The position numbers and the translations under genes are program-made. A stretch of 57,371 bases of DNA, counting the filler, from Platydemus manokwari (Eukaryota): NCBI GenBank assembly GCA_037951405.1. It is 5 parts of 5 records of this genome, joined end to end, with 100 filler letters (N's around TTAATTAATTAA, not from the genome) between each part and the next. Parts side by side here need not be neighbours in the genome. Positions count along the whole stretch, not along the records: positions 9,977 to 23,611 come from JBBMOY011664735.1; positions 23,712 to 39,061 come from JBBMOY011300317.1; 3 more parts are not named here. The stretch is one strand, 5' to 3'. Numbering within the stretch: position 1 is the first letter of the stretch; each line of letters starts with the position of its first letter. Below, piece after piece: positions 12,646-26,331 of this stretch. The notes beneath the pieces are model-generated. The model was not told the origin of the DNA, made no database searches, and worked only from the letters and a program-made list of their open reading frames with translations.

Positions 12646-15600
12646 AATTTTTACTGCACAAAAATACGTTTAAGAAAGTGATGTTATTCCAAGAAATAAA
12701 TAAGAAAATATAAAATGGTAATAATAAATAATAATAACTTCATGCGAAAGGTGGAAATCGCAAGTCACTTATAAAATATGTACACAGTACATCCATAATG
12801 GTGAAATCAGAGAAATAACATTTAAATACTGACCAAACAGTGTCGTTTGACATTTGAAGACGAAACAACAAAAAATAAGGATGGATATTAAATTAACCAG
12901 TAAAAAGCGTCATGTGCTAGGGTAACCTTAATAATAATGTAGATATTAATAATGTAAGTGTTTTATAACGTAATCACAATTATTTTACAAGCGGTTTACG
13001 TACGGAGTATATTAACAAGAGTCAAAAGAAACACAACATCGTATTAGAACAGAGTTCTTATTAGACTTTAATTAATAATTTAAATCTTAACTTTTGTTTA
13101 TATTTTGATATATAAAAGAAACTTACTTAATGTTTTAAATTAGTGGACAACATAAATTTTATGCTCAGTTAGATTATAATATAAAGTCGTATTAAAATCT
13201 GGAATAACAAATTAGACAAAATCTGCAATGATCGAATAAAACTGTAAGAATTGAATTATCATCGTTGTCACCATACACTCTAAGACTCAACCAACATTCA
13301 AAGCTATAATTGTTATAAACGATGCTCAAAAATTGCATATCGAAATTACTCATAAATATAAAAGTTCCAAATGTCAAATGACGAAACACAATGAGCTTAG
13401 CACCCGAAAGATATAAATAATGACAGAAATTATCTAGCATAATAGACTAGCGGTTACCCTTGGGATTCAACTCCTTGTATTGATTTGTCATGTTTGTTGA
13501 CCTGTTATCTTACAACCATATGAAGTCCAGCTTGTTTTCATATTTTATTCTATCTCCCCTGTCATTAATTCATTGCATGTTTGTTGGTGTGCATCAACTG
13601 ATCAAAGTCCAAAATGGAATTGACAGTTTGAAGGCATATTATTTTCCACCGATGCATATTTTTAAGAGCCCTTTTTAGGCTGTTCCAATGAGTTCGATAA
13701 TCATTTTTAAACAATTTTACTATACACTCAATATTATTATCACTATCATCTTATTATTTTTCATAAAACATCGGTATAGTCAAAATTAATATTATGATTA
13801 TCTGTATTAGTATTATTATAATCGTATTTATTATTATGATAACTATTATTATTAAAAATTATTATTGTTATCTCACAAAAGAAAAATAATAATTATTAAT
13901 AATAATAAATCGATATCATTAAGAAAATTTTCAAACAAATGAATCTATTGGATAAATTGATGAATATATAAGAAAGTAGAAAATTGCCCTTCTTCGAATA
14001 TAATCTTGTATTTTCAAATGAAATTTTTTGAAAAAAAATTTGATACCAAAAAATAAATGACGAGCCATTATTGCTTGAAAATTCTTCACTATCCCGTTAA
14101 ATGTTATCTTTTCTGTTATCAGCAGGGATAAATTTAATTTCGTCCAAGCTAATAGTTAAGAGCCAAAAAAATTTGAAAATAAAATGGTTTTCTTTGTAGT
14201 TTTTCGTATTTATTAGAAGATTTGCTCACATTTACTCAGATAATTTATCGTATAAGGCAAAATTGAATTTCCAGATCATTTATTTTCACTGAAAGGACGT
14301 TTTCACGAACTGTTTTCATTATCAATATTCAATGGTGCAGGAAACATTTAGTTTTGAAATTTTATTGTGAAGAAAATCAGTAAATGTATCCGGAATAAAA
14401 ATGGAGAATATATATAATTTATTAGGAAACCTGTCTTTGAATTACTTTCATTTTATACTCTTTTTTTAATGAATTTATAAATAATTTTTACTCCTCATGA
14501 ACAGTCAATCTCAGTTCACAATTTCAAGAAAAATAATAATAAGAGAGTTTACTGAAAATTAATAAAAACAAAAAATTTGGTTGAAACTAAATACAAGGAA
14601 TTCGAAATGTAATAATTCATCTAAAATTAGAAGGCTGCGAACTTTTATAGAATATCGAAACTACAACAAATCTCTTTAAATTTATATTAAAGTTGTCTAG
14701 TCTTCCTTATCCTCGGAAAATAATGAATAAAATGACATCAAGACGTTAACTTTATTTTTATTATAATTAAATTTAAATTTTAAATTAATTTGATTAGTTT
14801 TTAAATTTTTCATTTTCTCCTTTGACTTCTTATTTTTTTTATCAAAATCTCAAAACAAATTTATGCCTTGAAATGCTAATTGTTTTAATTACTGATTGTC
14901 ACAACAGCTTTCTGCCTACCTTGATAAATTTAGATCAGGCAAGCACTTTGGAATTATCTTATACATTTTTTATAGTTAGGATTACATCTGCGTGTTGTAA
15001 TTATATTATCTGTTTCCAGGGAACCACCGTTCCTAGCATATATATTTTGACTGATGATGTCGAGTAGTTATGATTGATTTTATTCGGCTGACTTATTAAT
15101 CCCAAGTAGACCTGGAAACAGAGAATATTTTTGGTAGATTAATTATTACATCTTCATTTTTTGTCTTTCTAAATGCAAAATTCTTTTCTTGAATTCTAAA
15201 ATATTTCATTCAATGTTGATATAGTCTTACTGTACTAAATTTGTTAGTTCCAAATGAAGCTTCTTCCAAATTATATCACCATACTTTTTTGTCAATTTAT
15301 TCTGTATATTGTTTGTTTGAAAATCGTTTTTGAATGGATCCTCTTATACTCGTAGTATTTTTACTATATTAATCAATTGATCCTGTTCGTCTCTATCAAG
15401 TTAATTCACGAATAATTTCATAAAATCAAATTTTGCTTAAGAAAAAATATTGTAATCTTGTTACAATTATTAATTTTCTCCTCTTATTCTTCCATTTCAT
15501 CATTATCTTGATGTGACCCAAAAATCTTCCAACACAAGGAGAGGACAGCTCACTTAGTGTGACTGTACTTTCCTTTAATCGATAATTGACTATTTTCGAA

Positions 15601-18600
15601 AAATATTTTCGCTTATTTCTAAATGCCAAAGTTAATATAATTTCCATTTCTATAACATTGACAATCACTGAATTCTATTCTCTCTCATTATCAGCTATAC
15701 TTCAAATTTTATGGCTTCATTCTTTTTTTATTTCATATTTTAATGAAATATAGGATAAGAGTTAACTCTTGTATTTTGTGTGCTTCACACAACATTAAAT
15801 TTGTATTTATTCATATTTAATCGGGAATGCAAATAGAAACCTTAAAAAAGAATTTCACTATTATAATATATAATGCCTATGTAAATAAATATTAAAATTG
15901 TTGAAATATTATCAAAACATTGATAAAACAAAGTCAAGATGATGAGTGAAATTATAAACTAAACGTCAAAAGTTATAGAAAAAGTTAAGAAGTTATTGAA
16001 ATCAACATTGAGTTTTACTTACCTTGAAGATGTTATCAATGGGGAACTATATAAGATAAAATTACAACAAAAAATAATAAAAAATTAAATTTTTGTACAC
16101 AAATAAAGATTAAAATTTTATTGAAATAAAATAAATGACTGTGCCAAGAAAATAAAAAGATTTTTTACGCAAAAAAGCTTTATAAAATTTTTTCAAAATT
16201 AAAAATGAATAAATTTTTAAATATATCACATTAGAAATCGTTTTACCGATCTCAAAGTCACGAAAAACTAACCATAATCTAATTTTAGTAAGTACGCCAT
16301 GGATAAAAATAGTCTGCTCAATTTAGTAAAGTTTTTCGACTAAAATTGTGGATTGATACTATATTTAGTGCTAAATGTAAATTTTGCTAAAAATAGGGAC
16401 AAATGTTGCAATGCACATAAAATGGTATAACAGAGTACACAAAACAATATAAAAGCTAGTAAAATCAGGTATTCTTCGTAAAAATGGTTCAGAAAAATTT
16501 CGTTACAATTTTTTTTATCATAACTCAAGAAGCTTATTTGTAGAAAAATTGTTATTATTATTATTATTTCCAATCACTTTCACCCCGTTTGAAGTTTTGA
16601 TATTTATTATTTCGGTTATTCCGAAGACATATCAAATAATTCTGGGTGTATTTTTATTGTAGTTATATTTAATTACAGATCCACGATTATTTCTAGCTTT
16701 GTGTTCTTTTAAAATCCAATGATAAGTTCAGGATTAGTTCCCCACTTTCATTTTTATAGAGTACATAGGTTGCACGCTATTTAATGATCCTTGAGGTTAC
16801 TTTACGTTTACAATATAGTTTTATTAATTATATGCTTGTTGTTTAAATTAGTATTTAAATTAATCAAATACATTTTATTGTTTTGTCTCAAATGCTATTA
16901 TTTTTATAAACTATAGTGAATCTTAAACATATCCACTGATTTCTAAACTGATTACTAAAAATGGTAAAGACACTTGAAATCTGTGAATGACGCATAAGAA
17001 TAAAATAATTTGCGCATTTCCAAAAAATGACTAACTTAATGATAATTTTAATTTCTAACTCTTAATTAAATCATTACAATTAATGGAAATAAGAGTATAC
17101 CAGTGCAGAACTCTTGGCCCATACTATTAACCTTGAAACTTAAGTGAATACTCAGGAATATTGTTCGTGTACGCAATACGATATAATTTACTCTACAATA
17201 AGTTATGTTATTTTATACCTTTATGGTTACATTACAGTGGAAATTATATTTATAATAACAAATCATTTATGTCTTTACTTATTTTCTGTTCAGACATTCT
17301 TTATACATTTTTAGTAACTAATCCTTTTATTTGGATTTTCGGTTTTCCAAATATTCCCATAAGTTGCTGTTGCTAATGCACTACTGGTAAAATTAAAATA
17401 TTAAAAATTAATTTACATGCTTATTTTTATTTTTAATATTTTTAAATTTATTCTTGGATTATTGAAATTAATTAGACTTGTCTACATTTTTTTAAAATAA
17501 TTGATTTGTTTATTTAGTTTTTTAATAATTATATTCATACTTAATTCCAGGTAAAATTTATCTAATTTACTTACTGTTAAAACATATATAATTATTTTTA
17601 TTTATTACATTAATATCTACTTCTTTTTAATTTCCCACAATAAAACATTGCATAAATCATTATTTTTTAAATTAATTTCTGGATAATTTTAAAAAAAAGT
17701 ATCAATAAAACTTCCATAATAATTTCAGACTGTCAAGTCAGTTCATATAGCTTATTGAAGACAACTAAATAAAAATATTCCATATGGATTTTATCTTTAC
17801 ATTTTAATCTAGAATAAATACAACTATCAAACTTATTAAAAGATCTAAATGTTTGAGATTTTCATTGAATTATTTTCGAAAATCTAAATCATAACAGAAA
17901 ATAGTTATTTAAAAATTAAATTGATAGAAATAATAAAAATATTTAAATTTAATTTATTAGAAAACAGTAATTTAGCACGAGTTTTAGCTAGGAGATAATT
18001 TATTACGATTATGTTCAATTTTTCTGAATATTAATTTTCCTCAATATTTATTAGATTTGTGAAATATTTTTATTAAAAGAAGATTTTAAAATGTATTCTA
18101 CAATACTGTGGAAGCAGTTAAGCCTCAGACTGAGATAAAACAATTTAGTATCTGAGACATCTGAATACAATGTATGATTTTCAGATTTGCTGCAAGTTTG
18201 AATCTTTGATTCCACGCGGTAATTCATCATTAAAAATAAGGAAGAATTTTTTTTTTCATCATGTACCTGATAATAAACTTAAGTTCAACTTGATGTAATG
18301 ATCAATTTTTATCTTAATATTTAATTTTTACCATAATAAATATATGAGAACAATTTCTCTCGATATCAACCAACCTCAGTGAATAATAACTATTGGTTTC
18401 CAGAAATTTAATGAAGTTATTGACAATAAGAATGGTTGGCTGCAAAATCAACTGATGAGATTAGAATAGATGGATGAAAAGATTAAAAAAATTTCTCCCA
18501 CACTTCATGTTTTATAACTCAAACTGAATAAGAATCATATTTTATTTTTTATTCAATGCTGATGTCAAATTCATTGTTAAACAGTTAATAATTGAAAAAA

Positions 18601-19060
18601 AGTTGACACGGATTTAACATAAGTCAAGAAATTTTCAATAGATAGTAATGTTTAAAAGATATTGTAAATGTCGTTGATTTAAGGTAGTAATGATTGATTA
18701 TGGCTACGTGCAGCAGTTAGTAGATATTATGGTTAAATTCTTTTAGACAATGCATAAAAAATTCAGAATGAAAACATATCACTTCCATAGTCAAACTTAT
18801 GGTACTTTGTAAAACCACTAAAAATAGCTTAAATAATGCATTTATTCAATCAAATCAAAAGCTTTTTTGTCAAGAATATTTGATATCATTCAGTTCATTT
18901 TGGATTATATTTCATACGAATCCCTTTTAAAGTTAATTCGGTAAAATGAAAATCAATAGTTGTATCAAAAATGTCTTATAAGGTGTATTTAGAATCTAGC
19001 TCAACTTATTCGTTTTAAATTTATTTTATAGTAATATAGGAAGCTGGCCCAATTAACGTC

Positions 19061-19583
19061 TGTGAGAATTTTTGTTTGAATTAAATTTTTAAAGATTTAA
19101 TTCAGATTTTATTTAAAATTATATTAATTTCTTTATAATATATAATTTGATGTGGTGACTTTTCAGTTTGTTTTCAGGCCGTGTTTTATGAAATAATGGT
19201 GGCTTACACAGTAATCACACGTCTAGATTCGATTCTGAGAAGATCAATGACTAAAAATTATGGAAAAGGGAGAGAGAGATATTGAGAATATATTGAGAAT
19301 GTGTAAAGAAAATATAAAAAGATAGAAGAATAAGAGATTTTTATGTAGATAAATATGTAGAGTATTCGATACAATATCAATTAATAATACAATGAAAATC
19401 AAAGATTTTTAAGAAAGAGGGGTGCGAGAATTTTTAATCCAATAAAATATTTAAAGATCTAATTCAGATTTTAGGTAAAATGACATTAATTTGTTAACAT
19501 AATTGTATTTAAATATATCATTCAAAGTCGTGACGTTTCAGTTAGTTTCCAATGTTTGTTTTATAAAATAATAGCTGCTTACA
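19061..19583 (+). mobile_element. Miniature LTR retroelement (TRIM-like), copy 1
   Basis: Direct repeats at 19061-19208 (TGTGAGAATT...GCTTACA) and 19423-19583 (TGCGAGAATT...GCTTACA). Polypurine tract AAGAAAGAGGGG lies immediately before the 3' LTR, and the ~215-bp non-coding interior contains GATTCGATTCTGAG. Confidence 0.78.
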
Positions 19584-21327
19584 GTGTCAATATAAATTTC
19601 TGGAACAAATGAGGTGATATTAACTGTATTTATCCAGTGTATGTACGATCGAACAATTTAATATATAATTAACATATTAATAAAACGAATATCCATTTAT
19701 TATTTATTAAACATGATTAGTAATCGGCTTCGTTTAATATTAGTGATAAATGCTAAAATTTATTCGTCGGAATTGTTAAATTGGTTAAATTGAGGGGAAA
19801 CCAGTATCTTATTCTAGAAAAACCTTATCAAATATTAGAAGAAACATTTAATGATATATTATTATTGTTTGTTAAAATATGACTAGTGACAGAAGGCTAA
19901 CAATAAGTTTATATAAAGCAATATATAACAATACAATAAACAACCATATTATTGATATTGATTACTAGTAGATTTAAAATTTTAAAAAAGATTTTATTAT
20001 TTTTTTCAAATCCTAATATTGTTAGTTTTCATATTATATTGAAGACTTTTCTTAGGAATGATTTACTAGTTTCCTTGCATCTGTTTGCAGTAAACAAATT
20101 CATGACCAGTATCTATATTATTGAAGAGACTAAAATTGAAAACCTACTTTTTATCTCAGACATCTTTTGACAGATCTGCTAATGATGATTCCCCTTTCAT
20201 TTGTTCAAATGATATTAACTTACTTGTCAGTCATATGTATTTCATTTTTCCATTAACAATGTGGATTTCTTTATTGCGTTGAAAAATATTTATTGAATTA
20301 TTTTAATATTATTCGTGTTAAACACATCTGTCCACTGGTTCTAAAATCCACAACAACAGTATGACATGATTAATACCACCTCATCAATTCCAGGAAATAT
20401 ACTTAAATTTACGGAAGTTACTAAATTACTGATAAAATGAATCGAAAACCAATTATAAGCTAAAAACTAACTATTCAAGTACAGCTAAAGTTGATATTTA
20501 TTATCACTACTTTATCAAACAGAACTATCGATGTATTATTATTATTTGTATTTTCAAATGATAAGATATTTCTAAATAATGTTATATCATTTTTCTTCTG
20601 TCAACTGGGCAAACAAAAGATGACCTTAAAAATTTTGAAAAATTGAATTTTGAAATGTTTTTATGATAGATAGACAAATAAGTATTACTGATTAAAAAAA
20701 TGTAAAATGAAATAAATTACGAATAATCAATATTATATGGTGAATGGAGTTTTGATTCGTATGATAGGAAATGAAGTGACATAAACCAAGGTCAACTATA
20801 ACATGTGCTTATGGCGTTTTTAGAAATTTTATTTTTTCTAAATTCCATTGGTCGTGAATATCTTTCTTGATAATTACATAAAACTTATAATTGATGGACA
20901 TTTCTCATTGTGTGAAATGCAAATGGTTACCTTAACCTTATATTTTTAATCTAATTAACCATAACAAAATTCAATCAATGGAATTCTCGGGGTATTTGAT
21001 ACAGATTTTTCGATTAAAATAAAAGATGTCCCGAATACCAATGATTTCATGAACAGCCATTATATTCGCTAGATAAGATGATGATTTAAAATAAATTCTA
21101 AATAACAGAATGTTGTGCTAGATTCTCTTCTGATTTTATGATTTGTTTTGATATGCAGGTGTTACAATGAGTACATAATTTAGTATTATTACATATTCTG
21201 TTTACTATATTTTGATGACTTTGTTTGTTACTATTTTTAGAATGACGTAGTTACTATTTTTAAAGTGGTTAGTTAGTTTTTTCTCTAATTGTTATATTTA
21301 TCCTTCATTTAAATCAATATTATTTAA

Positions 21328-21373
21328 ACACGCACACACACACACATATATATAGGGAGAGAGAGAGAGAGAG
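21328..21373. repeat. Compound (CA)n(TA)n(GA)n microsatellite
   Basis: acacgcacacacacacacatatatatagggagagagagagagag. Confidence 0.85.
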
Positions 21374-23611
21374 TTACAATAAAATATACAATAACAAGCA
21401 ACAATCTAATTATGACTTTATGGAAAATTAAAACAAAAAAGAAAAACTAGCATTAGAGTTTGATCATAAACGCAATATATTATTGAAAGGATTAATTGAA
21501 TAATTTTAGCGATTTGTATTTCGAAAACAATATTTGAATAAAGCTTAATTCCAAATAGGATTTACTTTTCGAGAAAATCAATTTCATACGTGAAGATAAA
21601 ATGAAACCATATAGATAATGAAAATGAATGAAAAACGAATTTTTCCTCTGGAATGATGATGTACAAATTCATTAAATGTGGATAAAACCAAATAATTTGA
21701 ATTATTAGCATTTTTCTTACTGCTCAAATAATTATCGTTCGCGTATAATTTTACTAGTTCTTACAATCGAGGAAGATTCAACGAACACTCAGTTAAAACT
21801 CAATTAAACTCTATAATCGAATTTGACTTTTATATTGATATGGAGTTGTGGTATTGATTTCTGGTGTGCTACAATACTTTAATCCCATGATGCATTTCGA
21901 TTTTATTAGCCGTTTGGTAGAATTAGATGTGTGTATACAAGACAATTAAATGTCAGTCTATTTGGTCCATATATTCATTTATTAATAGCCGATCAAATAA
22001 TTTTTAGTTTTGCAATGAATTGAAACTAGTTACTAGATATATAATGAAATTAAATTTATGAATTTATTTTTTTGCTTATGAATTGAAAGATTCACATTTT
22101 AATAATTTATAATTTTCTGAAAATTTAAAAATTGTGTGCACGTGACAAAATATTTTTATGAATTATTATTATTAATTTTATTACTATTATTATTAATATT
22201 ATTATTTCAATATTATTATTATTATCATTTTTTATTATTATTGATTGCATTTCGCCAGATTTTCCAAGGACTAACTTAAACGTCCTGCTGTATAGTTCGC
22301 GATATAATCTATAATGATATTAATTATTGACATCATTAATTATAATATTATTAACACTACAATTACCAAAGTTTCTAAATATATATTATGGAGTCATATC
22401 AATCAATTATTAGCCGATGCCATTTCATGTTTATCATCTTTTCGCCAATGTTTACCTGGTCGATGATTCAATCCTTGTATAACGTTTTGGGAAGCATTTT
22501 TGTACAAAATCTTGATTCTCATGCGAGATACGTTTTGCATTAATATTAATAATCATTATCATACTAATATTATGCCATGCTCATTCATTTTAATATCTAC
22601 ATGTACCAAAATCGAACTCTTAGATTCTAATTAACAGAGTAAAATATAATATTAAATGATTCTATAACCAATTGTGCTTTTATTAATATCTATCTCGGTA
22701 AATAAATTAAGATGTATTTAGTTCTGTCTTTCTATGTTGAATTTTTCCATTATTTTTGTTTATTTTTCAATTGCTTTTATCCGATAAGCTTATATGAATT
22801 GCTTTTATCATTTATATCTACATATGCCCTGCGATTATTCTTATAATTAATTCAATATCGGAAATAACAAATCTGAAATGGAATGAAATCTAAGTTATTG
22901 GAGAAAAAACACTTGTTTTAATCGATAAAATACAGTTATATGGCTAAATAATAATATTAAAATATTATATGGGGTGATGATTCTAACATCCATAACGCTG
23001 TATCTGTTTTGATAATCATATGTTTATGATAATTCTCATATATTTCCTTCTTTGAGGTGCTCTAATTATCAATATATTGATAAAAGCTTCTAAATTTTAT
23101 TGGCATTTTCTAACAAAGAAATGAAATATTATTATCGATATCATATGATGCACTTCGAATCTCAAACAATTCAATTTTATTATTATCTACACTTTACAAT
23201 ATTATTAATATAACACAAAACTAAATAAAAGATGCCAATAAAATTAGTGAATCATTATTACTTCTATTATATACAAGGTGGTCAAGTCAAACTGCTATCT
23301 ATTTTTACAAAGAATAACAAAGTTTTTTAAAAGCATATGTAGTGACCACCGAATATAATTGATGGAAACATTGAAAATTTCACTGTCATTGAAACTATGA
23401 AATCTATAAAATCTAATTCGTTATAGATATGAATTAACTAATTTCAGGATAATAAAATAAATCTATAATGGAATATGGAACATTTGATAGAAATTTATCT
23501 CACTGTCACTGAAATAAATCTCATAATAAACTCAATTTTTGCCTAATTGAAATTATTTTCGTCGTTTTTATAAGTCGATAATTATTAGCATGTGTTCTAA
23601 AATGCGTTAAT

Positions 23612-23711
23612 NNNNNNNNNNNNNNNNNNNNNNNNNNNNNNNNNNNNNNNNNNNNTTAATTAATTAANNNNNNNNNNNNNNNNNNNNNNNNNNNNNNNNN
23701 NNNNNNNNNNN
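23612..23711. other. Artificial scaffold gap linker
   Basis: 44 N + TTAATTAATTAA + 44 N. Confidence 0.97.
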
Positions 23712-23782
23712 AAGATCTTCAATTTAATATTTAAAAATGAAAAGCCAATTTAAAAAAGGCCATTATTTTTGCACCAACCTAA
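23712..23782. mobile_element. Terminal fragment of a mariner (Hsmar1/cecropia-type TIR) cut by the gap
   Basis: GGCCATTATTTTTGCACCAACCTAA|TA is the reverse complement of TTAGGTTGGTGCAAAAATAATGGCC, a typical mariner TIR, followed by TA. Confidence 0.65.
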
Positions 23783-23863
23783 TAAATAAACAAAAAAGTA
23801 AGAAAGAATTAACATTTTGTCTTGAAATCGAACTGAATTGATTTAAACCATAAATTTTTTCAG

Positions 23864-26281
23864 AGTCAGAAGCAAAGTATTTTCAAAATGAATCCAATTT
23901 CCATTGCAAAATATAATGTTTGTCATGAGGTATTCAATTTCTATGAATTGTGTGAAATATTTGATTTATTATATCAAACAAGGAGTGTGTCCATCAAATG
24001 ATTATTCGTTCTCCATTAAGTGGTAGCAATTTCAAACTGATATTAAGTCGTTGCCCGTTGCACAATCGCCATTGGGGTCATTTGATTGTTGACCAATGGG
24101 AAGGCAGCAGCACTAAACCAATCAGATTCGAATTACCAGGTGGTTATGGTCAAGGCCGACGATTACTCAATCAATTATCGGAAATGCTTGGAGCTAGAAT
24201 ATCTATGAATATTGAATCAAATACAGGTTCTGAATCGAATAGTATTGATCAAAACATATCACCGAAACAATCGGAAAATCAATCCAATTCAAAAGGTCTC
24301 CCAAATGATACAATTTGGGAATCCATAGAAGTATATGTTTTATATATTGCTGATATTTAATTCGAGATTCCTTTTCTTTCACGATTAGTAAATAATGATT
24401 TCTTAAGATATTTTCAAACATATGACGGGAAATATTTTGATTATATATAAAATATGAAACAATATTGATTTTTATATATTTATATTATGCACTGTGCCTT
24501 GTGATCTACTTGGAATAATTGATAAAAAGAAATATTAGCAATGTTATGTTTAATCTGCATAACGAGTGAGGGACAATTTGTCATCTCAACGAGAAACTTT
24601 TTATTCATTTTTGAGATATCCAGATAACGATATATTGATTATATATCTGTTGTTATTAATATCGATCTTGTTTCATATTCTATAAAATGCATTTACAAAA
24701 AATTGGTATTTATCATAAAAAGCCTCTATACTATATAATTTGTAACGAAAAATTGAAAGAATTTTAACATTTTCAACCAATTATTAAATGAAAACACAGA
24801 TATATTTATATTGGACTGAAAAACAATGATATTCATAAGTTATGGGGCAATGTTTATTGTCACCTGATATATATTGTTGAATATACAATTGTCAATTACA
24901 ATCAATCATTATTTCGAAAGGATTTCTCAATCATTTATAGCTATTTTCGAGTAAATAATTAATAAATTTATTGTAAATTGTTGGCATTTTACAGTTATAA
25001 ACCACTTCTATTTTATAAAGGCACGCATTGAAAGCGCTATGTAAATTCACGACACACAATTATGTTTGACAAAATTATTTAAACAGATTTATATTTTTAG
25101 TATAAAATCTGAGTTAAATCTTTAAAATTATAAAATAATACACTATCCTTTCTTTAAAATATTTGATTTTCTATGTATTCTTAATTATCTCTATCGAATT
25201 ATCGAGAGATATGAATCTATATTGAAATTTCTATTTCTTTTATTTTTTTCATATCTTCTCTTCAATGCCTTCATGTCATAGATCTTCTCAGAATCGAATC
25301 CAAATGCGTGGTAGCCATACAACTCTTGATTGTATGAAACTCTTTCATATACCACCAAAAATAATAACTTATTAAAAGCACCTAGCATGAATGGAGGTCC
25401 ACACTAAAAACAATCATTATATTAATTGAAAGATATCGAATGAGATTATTTTTTTAAATGTAATTTCTATTATAAAGATGAAAAATATTCCTATACGTTT
25501 TATAAAAATAACGTAGGATTATTCAATATAATGAAAACATTTATTTTAAAATTGTATTGGAAACGAAACAGTAGTCTCACATGCGACAAATCTTCTAAAT
25601 GTTTTAATAACATTAAGGAGATTCAATCATTATTTACCTTAATTTTTTACTTATTTTTAAATAAATCTATTTGGTAAATAATTTTTTTGATGTGCAATAT
25701 TAAAATGTCCTAAAACGGTGAAGAGGTTTTGAATTGATAGATTTAAAGATGAGTTAGATATTATTAAATGTCAATAGTTTTGAATGTCAACACGACGATT
25801 TTCTTGGTGTTATGAACTTATGGAGATAATTACAATGGTTAAAATGCTGTCAGTAATTTTTTATTATTGAGATATTGCATTTTGAACAGTTAATGAATGT
25901 TTAGATATCGTATAAATATTTGACTTTATTTATGGATTTTATATTCAGTTGGCACATGTATTCATATTTTAATTTTGTTTTCTCTCGTTTCAGAGCATCA
26001 TGACTAAAAATATTCAGTCCGGGAAACCTCTTTACGATAATAGAGACAATACAAACCCAACCATCGCCACAAATGTAAATGATGCATTTAATTCTTTCAA
26101 AAAGAAAAAATCAGTTAATAACATAAATAGAAACAAGTTGTCATCAAATAATCAAGAAACTCTCTTTCAGATGCCATCAAAAAATAATGCATTATTAAAA
26201 GCAGCTAGTATGAATGGAGAACCACAGCAAAAACAATCGTTGTATTCATTGAAAGATCTCAATTTAGATGATCTTTTTTAA
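23864..26281 (+). CDS. Uncharacterised spliced gene (exons 23864-23929, 23983-24330, 25994-26281; 225 aa from ATG 23888, possibly 5'-partial)
   Basis: Three phase-0 exons with good junctions (ttttcag|AGT; GAG|gtattc..53 nt..aag|GAG; GAA|gtatat; tttcag|AGC) join ORFs 23998-24360 and 26000-26281 into one frame ending DLNLDDLF*. Confidence 0.72.
24996..25320 (-). mobile_element. Miniature LTR retroelement (TRIM-like), truncated copy 2
   Basis: One LTR (~24996-25142), the PPT complement CCTTTCTTTAAAA and the interior with CTCAGAATCGAATCCAAA are colinear with 31013-31400. The second LTR is missing. Confidence 0.7.
25336..25476 (+). pseudogene. Decayed duplicate of the 3' half of the orphan gene's last exon
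   Basis: Aligns to 26156-26299 (TTATTAAAAGCAcCTAGcATGAATGGAG; AAAAACAATC; TTGAAAGAT; identical AATGTAATTTCTATTATAAA) but has in-frame stops. Confidence 0.85.
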
Positions 26282-26331
26282 TGTAATTTCTATTATAAAA
26301 ATATATATATATATGCGTGAAAAAGATTTTC

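Noticed and set aside
1337-20170. Many 60-110 aa I/F/L/N/K-rich ORFs in the track (e.g. 1337-1639, 4444-4665, 13192-13440, 16340-16573, 19952-20170)
   Set aside because: Their composition is what AT-rich non-coding DNA produces, with no motifs or consistent splice structure.
22405-22545. 45-aa minus-strand ORF MQNVSRMRIK...ANN with an internal AG|GTAAAC donor-like site
   Set aside because: No partner exons or recognisable motif.
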